A stretch of DNA of 64,000 nt from Thermoanaerobaculia bacterium (GTDB lineage Bacteria; Acidobacteriota; Thermoanaerobaculia; Multivoradales; JAGPDF01), in contig DASWJT010000146.1 of assembly GCA_036397015.1 (NCBI GenBank), positions 10,378-74,377 of the forward strand. Reading direction: 5' to 3'. Each line of letters starts with the position of its first letter. Position 1 is the first letter of the stretch. Below are positions 39,018 to 48,656 of this stretch, one piece after another. A program made the translations under genes and the position numbers. The notes beneath the pieces are model-generated. The model ran no database searches. It was given only the letters and a program-made list of their open reading frames with translations, and was not told the origin of the DNA.

Positions 39018-39973
39018 GCCGCGTGCTCCTCGAGCCAGCGCTCGGCGTCCATCGCCGCCTTGCAGCCCATGCCGGCGGCGGTCACCGCCTGACGGTAGCT
39101 CGGGTCCGCGACGTCGCCGGCGGCGAAGACGCCCTCGACGCCGGTGCGCGTCGTCGGCTCCTCGACGAGCAGGTAGCCGACCGGATTCATCGGCAGCTGA
39201 CCGCGGAAGAGCTGGGTGTTGGGCTCGTGGCCGATGGCGATGAACAGGCCCTCGACGGCGAGCTCGCTCTCCTCGCCGCTCTGCGTGTCGCGCAGGCGGA
39301 GGCCGCGCACGCCGCCGTCGCGCTCGCCCAGCACCTCGAGCACCTCGCGATTCCACAGGAATCCGATCTTCGGGTTCTTGAACGCGCGCTCCTGCATGAT
39401 CTTCGACGCCCGCAGCTCGTCGCGGCGGTGGATCACCGTCACCTTGGAGGCGAAGCGGGTGAGGTAGCTCGCCTCCTCCATCGCCGTGTCGCCGCCGCCG
39501 ACGACGGCGATCTCCTTGCCCTGGAAGAAGAATCCGTCACAGGTGGCGCACGCCGAGACGCCGTAGCCCATGAGCTGCGATTCCGACTCGAGGTCGAGCA
39601 GCTTGGCGCGCGCTCCGGTGGCGACGATGAGGGCGTCGCAGGTGTGGCGCTCGCCCTCGTCGGTGGTGAGGCGGAAGGGGCGCGTGGAGAGATCCGCCGC
39701 CGCGACCGTCTCGAACTTGACGCGCGCTCCGAAGCGGCGGGCCTGCTCGCGCATCTGATCGATGAGCTCGGGGCCGAGGATGCCGTGCGGGAAGCCGGGA
39801 TAGTTCTCGACGTCGGTGGTGATGGTGAGCTGGCCGCCGGGCTGGGTGCCCTCGAAGACGAGGGGCTCGAGGCCGGCACGAGCGGCATAGAGCGCGGCGG
39901 TGAGCCCTGCCGCACCAGAGCCGACGATGACGAGACGATGATGGGATGCGGCGCTCTCTTCCGCGTTCGACAT
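39014..39973 (-). CDS. trxB: thioredoxin-disulfide reductase
   Basis: In-frame ATG at 39973 (319 aa). Motifs: FAD site VIVGSGAAG, redox-active CATCDG, NADPH site [12 protein letters not shown], and GVFAAGDV. Confidence 0.95.
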   Translation of the reverse strand: MSNAEESAASHHRLVIVGSGAAGLTAALYAARAGLEPLVFEGTQPGGQLTITTDVENYPGFPHGILGPELIDQMREQARRFGARVKFETVAAADLSTRPFRLTTDEGERHTCDALIVATGARAKLLDLESESQLMGYGVSACATCDGFFFQGKEIAVVGGGDTAMEEASYLTRFASKVTVIHRRDELRASKIMQERAFKNPKIGFLWNREVLEVLGERDGGVRGLRLRDTQSGEESELAVEGLFIAIGHEPNTQLFRGQLPMNPVGYLLVEEPTTRTGVEGVFAAGDVADPSYRQAVTAAGMGCKAAMDAERWLEEHAA

Positions 39974-40136
39974 GGGGCGAAAGCTCCGGGAGTGCAGTGC
40001 GTTACGCAGGGCTCGGCGCGCCCGCTCCGCGCGCCATGCGACGGTCGTCGAGTATAACAACGGCGTCCCTGCGACCATTCCGCGCCGACGCCGCGGAAGG
40101 CGCGGAGATAGAATGCCCGCCGGAAGGAGCGAACCG

Positions 40137-40688
40137 ATGGCCAAGACCCTCAAAGGCTTGCCGAGACACCCCGCGGTGCTCGCCTCGCCCAAGCTGATCG
40201 CGGCGTTCAACGGCCAGGTCGGCAACGAGATCCACGCCTCGCTGCAGTACACGTCGATCTCCGCCCATTTCGCCGCCGAGAACCTGCCCGAGCTCTCCGC
40301 CTTCTTCGCCCGCCAGGCCACCGAGGAGCGCGAGCACGCGCTCAAGTTCGTCGGTTTCATCGTCGACGTCGGAGGCCGCGTCGAGATCCCGGCGATCGCG
40401 GCGCCGAAGCACGCGTTCAAGACCGCCGCCGAGGCGGTGCGCCTCTCCCTCGAATGGGAGAGCACGGTGACCGATCAGATCTACGGGCTCGTCGAGGTCG
40501 CCAAGGGCGAGAGCAACTACATCGCGCTGCGCTTCCTCGACTGGTTCGTCACCGAGCAGCTCGAGGAGATCACCCTCATGGACCAGCTGCTCTCGCTCGT
40601 CGAGCGCGCCGGCGACAACCTCCTGCTCGTCGAGGACTACCTGTCGCGCAACTCGCTGGTGAACGCCGGGGAGGGCGGTCCGGGCTGA
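40137..40688 (+). CDS. ferritin
   Basis: ATG 40137 is preceded by GGAAGGAG. Ferroxidase-centre glutamates occur in [18 protein letters not shown] and WESTV..QI. Confidence 0.85.
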   Translation: MAKTLKGLPRHPAVLASPKLIAAFNGQVGNEIHASLQYTSISAHFAAENLPELSAFFARQATEEREHALKFVGFIVDVGGRVEIPAIAAPKHAFKTAAEAVRLSLEWESTVTDQIYGLVEVAKGESNYIALRFLDWFVTEQLEEITLMDQLLSLVERAGDNLLLVEDYLSRNSLVNAGEGGPG

Positions 40689-40691
40689 GAC

Positions 40692-41651
40692 TCAGGCGGG
40701 CGGCGCGGAGCCGTCGAGAAGCTCCTCCGCGAGCTCGACGGCGGCGAGCGCGCCGCCGCGCACCAGATTGTCGAACGCGGCCCAGATCCAGTACTCGCCG
40801 GCGGCGCCGGCCGATCGGATCTCGCCCACCACCACCTGCTCCGAGCCGGCGAGGGCCACCGGCGAGACCGTGGCCGGTCGGCGCGCGAGCTCGATGCGCG
40901 GGTCGGCGCCGAGCGCTTGCCGGAGGGCGCGCGAGTCGACCGCCGTCCCGAGCTCGACGCGCAGGCTGAGCCCCACGCCGTGGAAGATGCCGGCGTCGAC
41001 GAGCTGCACCGCAACGGGATAGGAGGCGTCGAGACAGGCGACGACCTGACGCCCTACGTCGTCGCCGTCCGCGGCGCTCAACGAGACGTTGAAGGCGACC
41101 TGGCCACGCAGCTCCTTGCGCCCCAACTGCTGGAAGGCGAGCAGGCCGCGCGTCTGCTCGAAGAGGGCCTCGAGCCCGGCCTCGTCCTGGCAGGAGACAG
41201 GCAGGATCGCCACCGCCTGCGCGCAACGCACGCCGAGGGGTTCGAGGCGCGCCAGCAGGAGGGCGGCGCCGTAGGCCGCCGGGTGGGGCACCAGCAGCGG
41301 CCCGCCGGCCCGGCCGGCGCGGCCCTGCCCGGCGATGGCCGGCTCGCCGTCCGTCGTGGTGGCGCCGCGAGAGAGGACGAGGGCACGCGCCGCCGGCGGC
41401 AGCCGCTCGATCCACGGCTTGTCGTCGGCGATCGCGCCGCAGAAGAAGACGATCTCGACGCCGGCAAAGGCGTCGTCGTCGAGCCGGCCCACGAACCCGG
41501 CAGCGCCGCCGCTCTCGGCGAGCTGTCCGATCTCGTCCTCGTCGCCGGAGAGCAGGCGGACGTCGGCGAAGCGGCCGGCCCGCGCCGACAGGCGCTCGCG
41601 CAGCTCGCGGCCGAGCAGCGAATTGGGGGCGACGACCGCGACGCGGCTCAC
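40692..41651 (-). CDS. aspartate-semialdehyde dehydrogenase / USG-1-family paralog with degenerate active site
   Basis: The GTG at 41651 overlaps the pssA stop (GTGA). It resembles short Asd end to end (VVVGEIR, FDNLVRGGALAAVELAEELL). However, the Rossmann GxxGxxG reads APNSLLG and the NPNCST Cys motif reads PHPAAYG. Confidence 0.75.
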   Translation of the reverse strand: MSRVAVVAPNSLLGRELRERLSARAGRFADVRLLSGDEDEIGQLAESGGAAGFVGRLDDDAFAGVEIVFFCGAIADDKPWIERLPPAARALVLSRGATTTDGEPAIAGQGRAGRAGGPLLVPHPAAYGAALLLARLEPLGVRCAQAVAILPVSCQDEAGLEALFEQTRGLLAFQQLGRKELRGQVAFNVSLSAADGDDVGRQVVACLDASYPVAVQLVDAGIFHGVGLSLRVELGTAVDSRALRQALGADPRIELARRPATVSPVALAGSEQVVVGEIRSAGAAGEYWIWAAFDNLVRGGALAAVELAEELLDGSAPPA

Positions 41652-42379
41652 CGCCTGCTGCCCAGCCGCCCGAGCGCCCAGGCGATCGGGCCGGAGGCGG
41701 CGTACGCCACGGCGAGGCCGGGGAAGAAGAGCGCCGGCCAGAAGGCGAGCACGAGGACGACGGCGGCGATCGGCAGCGCCATGCGGTAGCTGCGGCGCTG
41801 GCGGAAGTCGAGCGCCTTCAAGCTCCAGAAACGAAAGGTGGAGACCATCAGCAGGCCGAGAGCGACCATCAGCCCGGCCACGCCGGCGGCGAACCAGGGG
41901 CGCCAGCCCGGCTCGATGCCGACGAGGAGGAACGAGGCGATCGTTCCCGCGGCCGCCGGCGTCGGCAGGCCGACGAACCAGCGGCTGTCGACGCGTGCCG
42001 TCTGGACGTTGAAACGGGCGAGGCGCAGGCTGGCGCAGACGAGAAAGAAGATCGGCACCAGCCAGCCGGCGCGCTGGAAGTGGTTCAGTCCCCACGCCCA
42101 GGCCGAGATTGCCGGTGCCATGCCGAAGGTGAGGGCGTCGGCGATCGAGTCGAACTCGCGGCCGAAGTCGGTCTCCGTCCCGGTGAGCCGCGCGATCTTG
42201 CCGTCGAGGAAGTCGAGGCCGGCGGCGACGAGGATCAGCGCGCCGGCGATTTCGAAGCGGCCGCGCAGGGCGAGAATGGTGGCCCAGAAGCCGAGAAAGA
42301 TGTTGCCGATCGTGAACAGGCTCGGCAGCAGATAAGCGCCGCGGCGCAGCCGGTCGCGAACCTCGCCCGAAACGACCAT
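41648..42379 (-). CDS. pssA: CDP-diacylglycerol--serine O-phosphatidyltransferase
   Basis: ATG 42379. The CDP-alcohol phosphatidyltransferase motif is DFLDGKIARLTGTETDFGREFDSIAD. The protein is polytopic. Confidence 0.92.
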   Translation of the reverse strand: MVVSGEVRDRLRRGAYLLPSLFTIGNIFLGFWATILALRGRFEIAGALILVAAGLDFLDGKIARLTGTETDFGREFDSIADALTFGMAPAISAWAWGLNHFQRAGWLVPIFFLVCASLRLARFNVQTARVDSRWFVGLPTPAAAGTIASFLLVGIEPGWRPWFAAGVAGLMVALGLLMVSTFRFWSLKALDFRQRRSYRMALPIAAVVLVLAFWPALFFPGLAVAYAASGPIAWALGRLGSRR

Positions 42380-43017
42380 CACCTCGCCGCCGCCGGCTCG
42401 GCCATCGGCGACTCGCCGTTGCGCACGCGGTCGCCGACGCGCACCAGCACGCGGTAGGCGGCGGGCACGAAGAGGTCGACCCGCGAGCCGAACCTGATGA
42501 CGCCGAGACGGTCGCCGCGGCGCCGCGCCTCGCCTTCGCCGACATAGGAGACGACGCGCCGGGCGAGCAGCCCCGCGAGCTGCCGGACGCCGACGCGGTC
42601 GCCGTCCGGGCGCACGAAGACGTTGGTGTGGGCCTCGTTCTTCTCGCCCACGTCGGGGCGGAAGGCGGCGAGCTTGAGCCCGCGGCGCAGCCGGGAGTGG
42701 ACGATTTCGCCGTCGACCGGACAGCGCTGCACGTGCACGTCGAACACGGAGAGGAAGGTGACGATGCGTTGGTAACTGCCCGGCCCGATCTCGGCGTCGA
42801 CGACCGTCGAGACCTCGGTCACCTTGCCGTCGGCGGGGGCGACGACCACCGCGGGCGGCCCATCGAAGCGTCGCGTCGGATCGCGGAAGAAGAGCAGGAG
42901 AAGGAGAGCGAGCAAGCCGAAACCGCTTCCCCAGCGCGGCTGAGAGAGGGCGAAGAGCAGCGCCGAGGCGAGGGCGAAAGGCAGGACGAAGGGCCAAGCC
43001 TCCTTGGCGAAGCTCAT
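42379..43017 (-). CDS. psd: phosphatidylserine decarboxylase proenzyme (short form)
   Basis: 212 aa with the self-cleavage site context GVIRFGSRVDL. It is adjacent to pssA with a 1-nt overlap (TGATG). Confidence 0.9.
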   Translation of the reverse strand: MSFAKEAWPFVLPFALASALLFALSQPRWGSGFGLLALLLLLFFRDPTRRFDGPPAVVVAPADGKVTEVSTVVDAEIGPGSYQRIVTFLSVFDVHVQRCPVDGEIVHSRLRRGLKLAAFRPDVGEKNEAHTNVFVRPDGDRVGVRQLAGLLARRVVSYVGEGEARRRGDRLGVIRFGSRVDLFVPAAYRVLVRVGDRVRNGESPMAEPAAAR

Positions 43018-43039
43018 CGGCAGGGGAGCGCTTCGCGCG

Positions 43040-43270
43040 TCAGGCGGAGAGCGCCGTGCGGTGCTCGCGCAGGATCTCCTCCATGCGGTCCTTGAGCTCG
43101 AGCTTGTGAATCTTGAGGCGTTTTTCTTCGACCTCGTCCTCGGGAGAGGGAAGCGTGTTGTGATTGAGCTGAGCGAGCCGCGATTCGCACTCCTGGTGCT
43201 CTTCGTAGAGGCTCCGGAAGGTGTCGTGGGTCCGCAGCAGCTCGCGCTTGAGGTCGTCGAGATTCGCCAT
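43040..43270 (-). CDS. DUF465 (YdcH-like) small protein
   Basis: 76 aa: MANLDDLKRELLRTHDTFRSLYEEHQECESRLAQL...EEKRLKIHKLELKDRMEEIL. This pattern is typical of DUF465. Confidence 0.8.
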   Translation of the reverse strand: MANLDDLKRELLRTHDTFRSLYEEHQECESRLAQLNHNTLPSPEDEVEEKRLKIHKLELKDRMEEILREHRTALSA

Positions 43271-43341
43271 CGTTCGCGCTCCTTTCGCCTCGGGTGGAAG
43301 AAAATGGACCGAAATCAGAATAGCACCGGGTGGGGGGCGCC

Positions 43342-43812
43342 TCAACCACCGGCGGACGCCGTGCCGAGGCGATAGCGAACGGCGTCCTCGCCGTCCGCGT
43401 AGTAGGCGCGGCGGCGGCCGACGAGACGGAAGCCGAGTGTTTCGTAGAGGCCGCGCGCGGGGCGATTTCCGGCGCGCACCTCGAGGTGGCAGACGGGCCG
43501 CCCACCGGCGCGCAGGTGCTCGAGCGCCGCGGCGAGGAGGCGCCGGCCGCGTCCTCTGCCGCGGGCCTCCGGCGCGACGCCCAGGCGCAGGAGCTCGGCC
43601 TCGCCGGGCAGCAATTGGAAGAGGGCGAAGGCGAGCGCGGCGCGATCGTCGGGCGCCGCGACCAGGCGGAAGCCGGCGAGCGCCCCCGAGCCGAGGTAGA
43701 GGGCGATCTCGTCGCGGCTCCACGGGTCGGGCAGACACGCCGCCTCGAGCCGCGCCAGGTCGTCGAGATCGTCGGGGCCGGCGGGCGCGAGGCTCTCGGT
43801 TGCCGCGCTCAC
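43342..43812 (-). CDS. rimI: ribosomal-protein-alanine N-acetyltransferase
   Basis: The GTG at 43812 overlaps the tsaB stop (GTGA). GNAT loop: LGVAPEARGRGRGRRLL. It shows the classic tsaB-rimI pairing. Confidence 0.85.
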   Translation of the reverse strand: MSAATESLAPAGPDDLDDLARLEAACLPDPWSRDEIALYLGSGALAGFRLVAAPDDRAALAFALFQLLPGEAELLRLGVAPEARGRGRGRRLLAAALEHLRAGGRPVCHLEVRAGNRPARGLYETLGFRLVGRRRAYYADGEDAVRYRLGTASAGG

Positions 43813-44474
43813 GACCGCGGCCCCGTCGTCGCGGGCGCACGCAAGTGGAGAGGCCGCGTGAGCAACGCGTCGTCCCAGCGCCAGTCGGGTGCCGTCGCCG
43901 CGGCGGCGACGGCGGCGGCGAGATGCTCCGGCTCGCGGCGCTCGCCGGCCGTCGCGCTCGGCGCGAAGCGCCGCGCCCCGAAACCGGCGATCACCGCGGC
44001 GGCGGGCGGATCCGGATCGCCCGGACGCCAGATCTCCGGAGGTCCGAGCGGCGGCCGCAGCCCGCTCGCCGCCGGCGTGCCGAAACGCTGCACGAACCAT
44101 TCGTCGCGCAGGGCGTCGACCACGCTCAGCACCTCGGCGGCGCTCGCCGGCGCCACGAGCGCCAGCGCCGCGAGGGTCGGCATCCCGGCCGCCGGCACGT
44201 CGCACGCCCGGGCGAGCGCCTGGGCGGAGGCGCAGGCCACGCGCACGCCGGTGAAGCTGCCCGGACCGGCGAGCGCGACGACGCCGCCGAGCTCGCGCGG
44301 CTCGACCGCCGCGTCGGCGAGCACCGCGGCCAGCAGGCGCAGCAGGTCGCCATCGCCACCGTCGCGCGAGATCTCGCGCCGCGCCAGGACGCGGCCCGCG
44401 AGCGCCACCGCGGCGCTCGCGCGCGGTGAGCCGGAATCGAAGGCGAGCACGGGGCGCGGCGATCTCACGGCCAC
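43809..44474 (-). CDS. tsaB: tRNA threonylcarbamoyladenosine biosynthesis protein TsaB
   Basis: VLAFDSGS...ALAGPGSFTGVRVACASAQALA is a YeaZ/TsaB signature. Confidence 0.88.
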   Translation of the reverse strand: MAVRSPRPVLAFDSGSPRASAAVALAGRVLARREISRDGGDGDLLRLLAAVLADAAVEPRELGGVVALAGPGSFTGVRVACASAQALARACDVPAAGMPTLAALALVAPASAAEVLSVVDALRDEWFVQRFGTPAASGLRPPLGPPEIWRPGDPDPPAAAVIAGFGARRFAPSATAGERREPEHLAAAVAAAATAPDWRWDDALLTRPLHLRAPATTGPRS

Positions 44475-44524
44475 GAGTCTATGGCCGCGGGCGGCGCGGC
44501 AGCCCCACGCTAGACTCGCCGTCC

Positions 44525-47131
44525 ATGCCTGTCACCGCCGAGCTGACGCCGATGCTCCGGCACTACCTCGAGGTCAAGGCGGCCCATCCGGAGGGCCTCC
44601 TCTTCTACCGCATGGGCGATTTCTTCGAGCTCTTCTTCGACGACGCGATCGATGCCGCGTCGCTTCTCGACCTGACGCTGACCGCTCGTCAGAAGGGCAC
44701 CGAGAGCGAGGCGCCGATGTGCGGCGTGCCGCACCACGCGATCGACGGCTACGTCGCCAAGCTGCTCAAGCTCGGGCGCAAGGTCGTGCTCTGCGATCAG
44801 GTCGAGGATCCGGCGCAGGCCAAGGGCCTCGTGCGGCGCGAGGTGACGCGCATCCTGACGCCGGGCACGCTCAGCGAGACCGAGCTCCTGGAGAGCAAGG
44901 AGGAGAGCTTCCTGGCGGTCGTGACCTGGAACGGCGAGCGGGGCGAGGCCGCCTTCCTCGATGTCTCGACGGGCACCTTCTTCGTGCGCCGATTCGCCGC
45001 CGTCGCGGAAGCGCTGGCCGAGCTCGAGGCCGTGCGTCCGCGCGAGCTGCTCGCGGACGAGGCGAGCCTTCCCGCCGAGCTCGCCGAGTGGGCGCGGCGC
45101 GAGGTCGTTTGCCGCACTGGCCTCGCCGACCGGCTGGAGAGTCCGGCGGCAGCCGCGGAGCGGCTGCAGCGCCGTTTCGGCGTCGATACGCTGCGCGGTT
45201 TCGGTCTCGACCCGGACGAGCCCGCGGTGAGGGCGGCCGCGGCGGCGCTCGCCTACGCCGAGGCCAACCAGCTCGCCGAGCTCGCGCACGTGCGCGAGAT
45301 CGCCGTGCGCGAAACGCGCGATCGGCTGGTGCTCGACGGCACGACGCTGGCGAACCTCGAGGTCTTCCGCCGCGCCGGCGACGGCGGCGCCGCGGGCACG
45401 CTGGTGGAGCTCGTCGACCGCAGCGCCACCGCCGCCGGCGGGCGAGCGGTGCGCGAGTGGCTGCGCGCGCCGCTGCGCGAGCCGGCGGCGATCGCCCGCC
45501 GCCACGACGCGGTCGAGGCGCTGATCCGCGACGCGGCGCGGCGCGAGCGCATCCGGCGCGGCCTGGGTGCGCTCGCCGACCTCGAGCGGCTGGCGACGCG
45601 GGCGGTGCTCGGCACGCTCGGCCCGCGCGAGGCGGCGGCGCTGCGCGATTCGCTCGCCGCCGTGCCCGGGCTGCTCGTCGAGCTCGCCACCCTGCCGAGC
45701 CAGCTTCTCGCGGACGCCGCGCGCGCCGATCCGCTCCCCGAGCTGGCGAGCGGTCTCGCCACGCGTCTCGCCGCCGAGCCGCCCGCCGGCCTCGAGGACG
45801 GCAGCGTGATCGCGGCCGGCGTCGACGCCGAGCTCGACGAGGCGCGCTCGCTGGCGCGCGACTCGAAGCGCCACATCCTGGCGCTCGAGGCGCGCGAGCG
45901 CGAGCGCACCGGAATCGGCTCGCTCAAGATCCGCTACAACCGGATTTTCGGCTACTCGATCGAGATCTCGAAAGCGAACGCGGCGAGGGTGCCGGCGGAC
46001 TACGTTCGGCGGCAGACGCTGGTCAACGCCGAGCGTTACGTGACGCCGGAGATCCAGGAGCTCGAAGCCAACATCCTGACCGCCGAGGAGCGCCAGCTCT
46101 CGCTCGAGCGGCGGCTCTTCGGCGAGCTGCGCGAGGCGGTCGCCGCGCAGGCGCCGGGCCTGCGGCGCCTCGCGCGCGAGCTGGCGGCGGTGGACGTCGT
46201 GGCGGGCTGGGCCGATCTCGCCGCACGGCACGGCTACTGCCGCCCGGAGATGCTGCCGGCGGGCGCCGGCATCCGCGTCGCGGAGGGGCGCCACGCCGTG
46301 GTCGAGCGGCACCTCGGCGAGCGCTTCGTGCCCAACGACGCCGATCTCGATCCCGAGCGCGAGCAGATCGTGCTCCTCACCGGGCCCAACATGGGCGGCA
46401 AGTCGACCTACCTGCGCCAGGTGGCTCTCATCGTGCTGCTGGCGCAGGCCGGGTGCTTCGTGCCGGCGAAGTCGGCCGCGATCGGCGTCGTCGATCGCAT
46501 CTTCTCGCGCGTCGGAGCGAGCGACGACCTGGCGCGCGGCGAGTCGACCTTCATGGTCGAGATGATCGAGACGGCGAACATCCTGCGCTTCGCGACACGC
46601 GAGAGCCTGGTCATTCTCGACGAGGTCGGTCGCGGCACGGCGACCTTCGACGGCCTCTCGCTCGCCTGGGCGATCGTCGAGCACTTGCACGAGAGGGCGC
46701 AGCCGCTGACGCTCTTCGCCACCCACTACCACGAGCTCACCGAGCTCGCCGCGCTGCTGCCGCGCGTCGTCAACCGCACGATGGCGGTCAAGGAGTGGGA
46801 GGACCGCATCCTCTTCCTGCGCCGCGTCGTGCCGGGCAGCGCCGACAAGTCGTACGGTCTGCACGTGGCGCGGCTCGCCGGCATCCCGGCCGAGGTGGTG
46901 CAGCGCGCCGAGCAGGTGCTGCGCAACCTGGAGGCCAAGGAGTACGACCCGCAGGGGCGCCCGCGGCTCGCCGAGGGCGGCGAGTTCGAGAACGAGCGGC
47001 CGGCTCAGATGCCGCTCTTCACGCCGGCGGAAGAGCTCGTCGCGCAGCTCTTGCGCGAGGTCGATCTCGACCGGCTGACGCCGCTCGCGGCGCTCAACCT
47101 CCTCGCCAGTCTCCAGGACCGCCTGAAGTGA
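44525..47131 (+). CDS. mutS: DNA mismatch repair protein MutS
   Basis: In-frame ATG at 44525. Motifs: TPMLRHYLEVKAAHPEGLLFYRMGDFFELF, Walker A GPNMGGKSTYLRQ, ILDEVGRGTATFDG, THYHEL. Confidence 0.96.
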   Translation: MPVTAELTPMLRHYLEVKAAHPEGLLFYRMGDFFELFFDDAIDAASLLDLTLTARQKGTESEAPMCGVPHHAIDGYVAKLLKLGRKVVLCDQVEDPAQAKGLVRREVTRILTPGTLSETELLESKEESFLAVVTWNGERGEAAFLDVSTGTFFVRRFAAVAEALAELEAVRPRELLADEASLPAELAEWARREVVCRTGLADRLESPAAAAERLQRRFGVDTLRGFGLDPDEPAVRAAAAALAYAEANQLAELAHVREIAVRETRDRLVLDGTTLANLEVFRRAGDGGAAGTLVELVDRSATAAGGRAVREWLRAPLREPAAIARRHDAVEALIRDAARRERIRRGLGALADLERLATRAVLGTLGPREAAALRDSLAAVPGLLVELATLPSQLLADAARADPLPELASGLATRLAAEPPAGLEDGSVIAAGVDAELDEARSLARDSKRHILALEARERERTGIGSLKIRYNRIFGYSIEISKANAARVPADYVRRQTLVNAERYVTPEIQELEANILTAEERQLSLERRLFGELREAVAAQAPGLRRLARELAAVDVVAGWADLAARHGYCRPEMLPAGAGIRVAEGRHAVVERHLGERFVPNDADLDPEREQIVLLTGPNMGGKSTYLRQVALIVLLAQAGCFVPAKSAAIGVVDRIFSRVGASDDLARGESTFMVEMIETANILRFATRESLVILDEVGRGTATFDGLSLAWAIVEHLHERAQPLTLFATHYHELTELAALLPRVVNRTMAVKEWEDRILFLRRVVPGSADKSYGLHVARLAGIPAEVVQRAEQVLRNLEAKEYDPQGRPRLAEGGEFENERPAQMPLFTPAEELVAQLLREVDLDRLTPLAALNLLASLQDRLK

Positions 47132-48147
47132 GGGGCGGGCGAGTTCTCTTTCTCGGTTTCGAGGGCCCGCGCCTGAGCGGCGACGAGCGCGCCATTCTGC
47201 GGCGCGTGCGCCCGGCCGGCCTCACGCTGGTGCCGCGCAACATCGAGGACGGGGAGCAGCTGCGCGAGCTCGTCGCCGACCTGCGGCGGCTCTGTCCGGA
47301 CGCGATCCTCGCGCTCGACGCCGAGGGCGGGCGGGTCGACCGCCTGCGCGGCGTCGTCGCGCCGGCGCCGGCGGCCTCTTGGCTGGCGGGCCGGCCGCCG
47401 CGCGTGGCGCAGGCGGCCGGACGCTGGGTCGGGGCTTCGTTGCGCTGTTTCGATTTCGACCTCGCACTGGCGCCGGTCGTCGACCTCGATCGCGGGCTCG
47501 TCGGCAACGCCCTCGACGGGCGCTGCTTCGGCCGCTCGCCGCGGGCGGTGACGGCGCGGGCCGCGGCCTTCCTGCGCGGGCTGCACACGAGCGGCGTCGG
47601 GGTCTGCCTGAAGCACTTCCCGGGCCTCGGTGGCGCCGGCCTCGACACCCACGAGCGGCCGACCTGGATCGCCCTCACGCGGCGCGAGCTGGCGCGGGAC
47701 CTGGCGCCATTCGTCGCCCTCGCACCGCGCGCCGACGCGGTGATGGCGAGCCACGCGGTCTATCCGGCCCTCGATTCAGCGGCGCTACCGGCGACGCTGT
47801 CGCGGGCGCTCGCGCACGCTCTGCTGCACGGGCGGATGCGCTACCGCGGCGTGCTGCTGACGGACGACTTGGAGATGGGGGCGCTGGCTCCGCACGGCGA
47901 CCTGGCGGAGCGCGGCGAGGCGGCGCTGGCGGCCGGGTGCGACGGCCTGCTCTTCTGCCGCCGGCTCGAGGAATCGCCGCGCATCGCCCGACGCTTGGCG
48001 CGGCGCGGAGCGCGGCACCGCCTCGACGAGGCGACGCGCCGGTTGGCGCGGCTCCGCCGGGAGCTCGGCGCACGCCGGCGGCGGGCACCCGAGCCGCCGC
48101 CGCTCGAGCTCCTGCGGCGCCGGCTCGAGTCGCTCGCCGCGGGCTGA
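47128..48147 (+). CDS. nagZ: beta-N-acetylhexosaminidase (GH3, NagZ-like)
   Basis: The GTG at 47128 overlaps the mutS stop (GTGA). Motifs: LDAEGGRV, APVVDL, KHFPGLGGAGLDTH, LLTDDLEMGA. Confidence 0.85.
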   Translation: MRGGRVLFLGFEGPRLSGDERAILRRVRPAGLTLVPRNIEDGEQLRELVADLRRLCPDAILALDAEGGRVDRLRGVVAPAPAASWLAGRPPRVAQAAGRWVGASLRCFDFDLALAPVVDLDRGLVGNALDGRCFGRSPRAVTARAAAFLRGLHTSGVGVCLKHFPGLGGAGLDTHERPTWIALTRRELARDLAPFVALAPRADAVMASHAVYPALDSAALPATLSRALAHALLHGRMRYRGVLLTDDLEMGALAPHGDLAERGEAALAAGCDGLLFCRRLEESPRIARRLARRGARHRLDEATRRLARLRRELGARRRRAPEPPPLELLRRRLESLAAG

Positions 48148-48153
48148 GCGGCC

Positions 48154-48573
48154 TCAGAACGGGATGTCGTCGTCGCCCGGCAGGTCCGCGGCGTCGTCGC
48201 CGCGTCCGCCGAAGCTGGCGGCGCCGCCGGACTCGCCGCCGCTGCCGCCGCGGGAATCGAGGAACTTGAGGTTCTCGGCCACCACCTCGGTGCGGTACTG
48301 CTTCTTGCCTTCCTTGTCGTCCCACGAGCGGGTCTGGATGCGGCCCTCGACGAAGACCTTGCTGCCCTTGCGCAGGTACTGACCCGCGTTCTCCGCCGTG
48401 CGCGAGAAGCAGACGACCGAGTGCCACTCCGTCTGGTCGCCCCAGTTGCCGTCACGGTCCTTGACGCGCCGCGAGGTCGCGACGCGCAAGTTGGCGACGG
48501 GTTGGCCGCTGTTGGTGTGGCGCACCTCGGGATCCTGTCCGAGGTTGCCGATCAAGAACACTTTGTTGAGCAT
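48154..48573 (-). CDS. ssb: single-stranded DNA-binding protein
   Basis: [20 protein letters not shown] fold, Gly-rich linker, and acidic tip DDDIPF. Confidence 0.96.
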   Translation of the reverse strand: MLNKVFLIGNLGQDPEVRHTNSGQPVANLRVATSRRVKDRDGNWGDQTEWHSVVCFSRTAENAGQYLRKGSKVFVEGRIQTRSWDDKEGKKQYRTEVVAENLKFLDSRGGSGGESGGAASFGGRGDDAADLPGDDDIPF

Positions 48574-48656
48574 GTCGTCTCCTCCGCGCAGCGGGCGGCT
48601 ATCATAGCCGCTCGTCTCCGGGCACTCGCCCGTCGTCGATCTATAGGACGGAATCG

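Noticed and set aside
43330-47127. 1605-aa plus-strand ORF spanning rimI, tsaB and mutS
   Set aside because: Its translation is low-complexity (R/A/G/P) until the final 339 aa, which are NagZ. The region is fully explained by rimI and tsaB (minus strand) and mutS (a different plus frame), which carry strong motifs.
48595-48611. GCGGCT-ATCAT-AGCCGC palindrome in the ssb/dtd divergent region as an SOS (LexA) box
   Set aside because: It does not match any LexA-box consensus I know, and it is only a 6-bp arm in GC-rich DNA. Chance occurrence is plausible.
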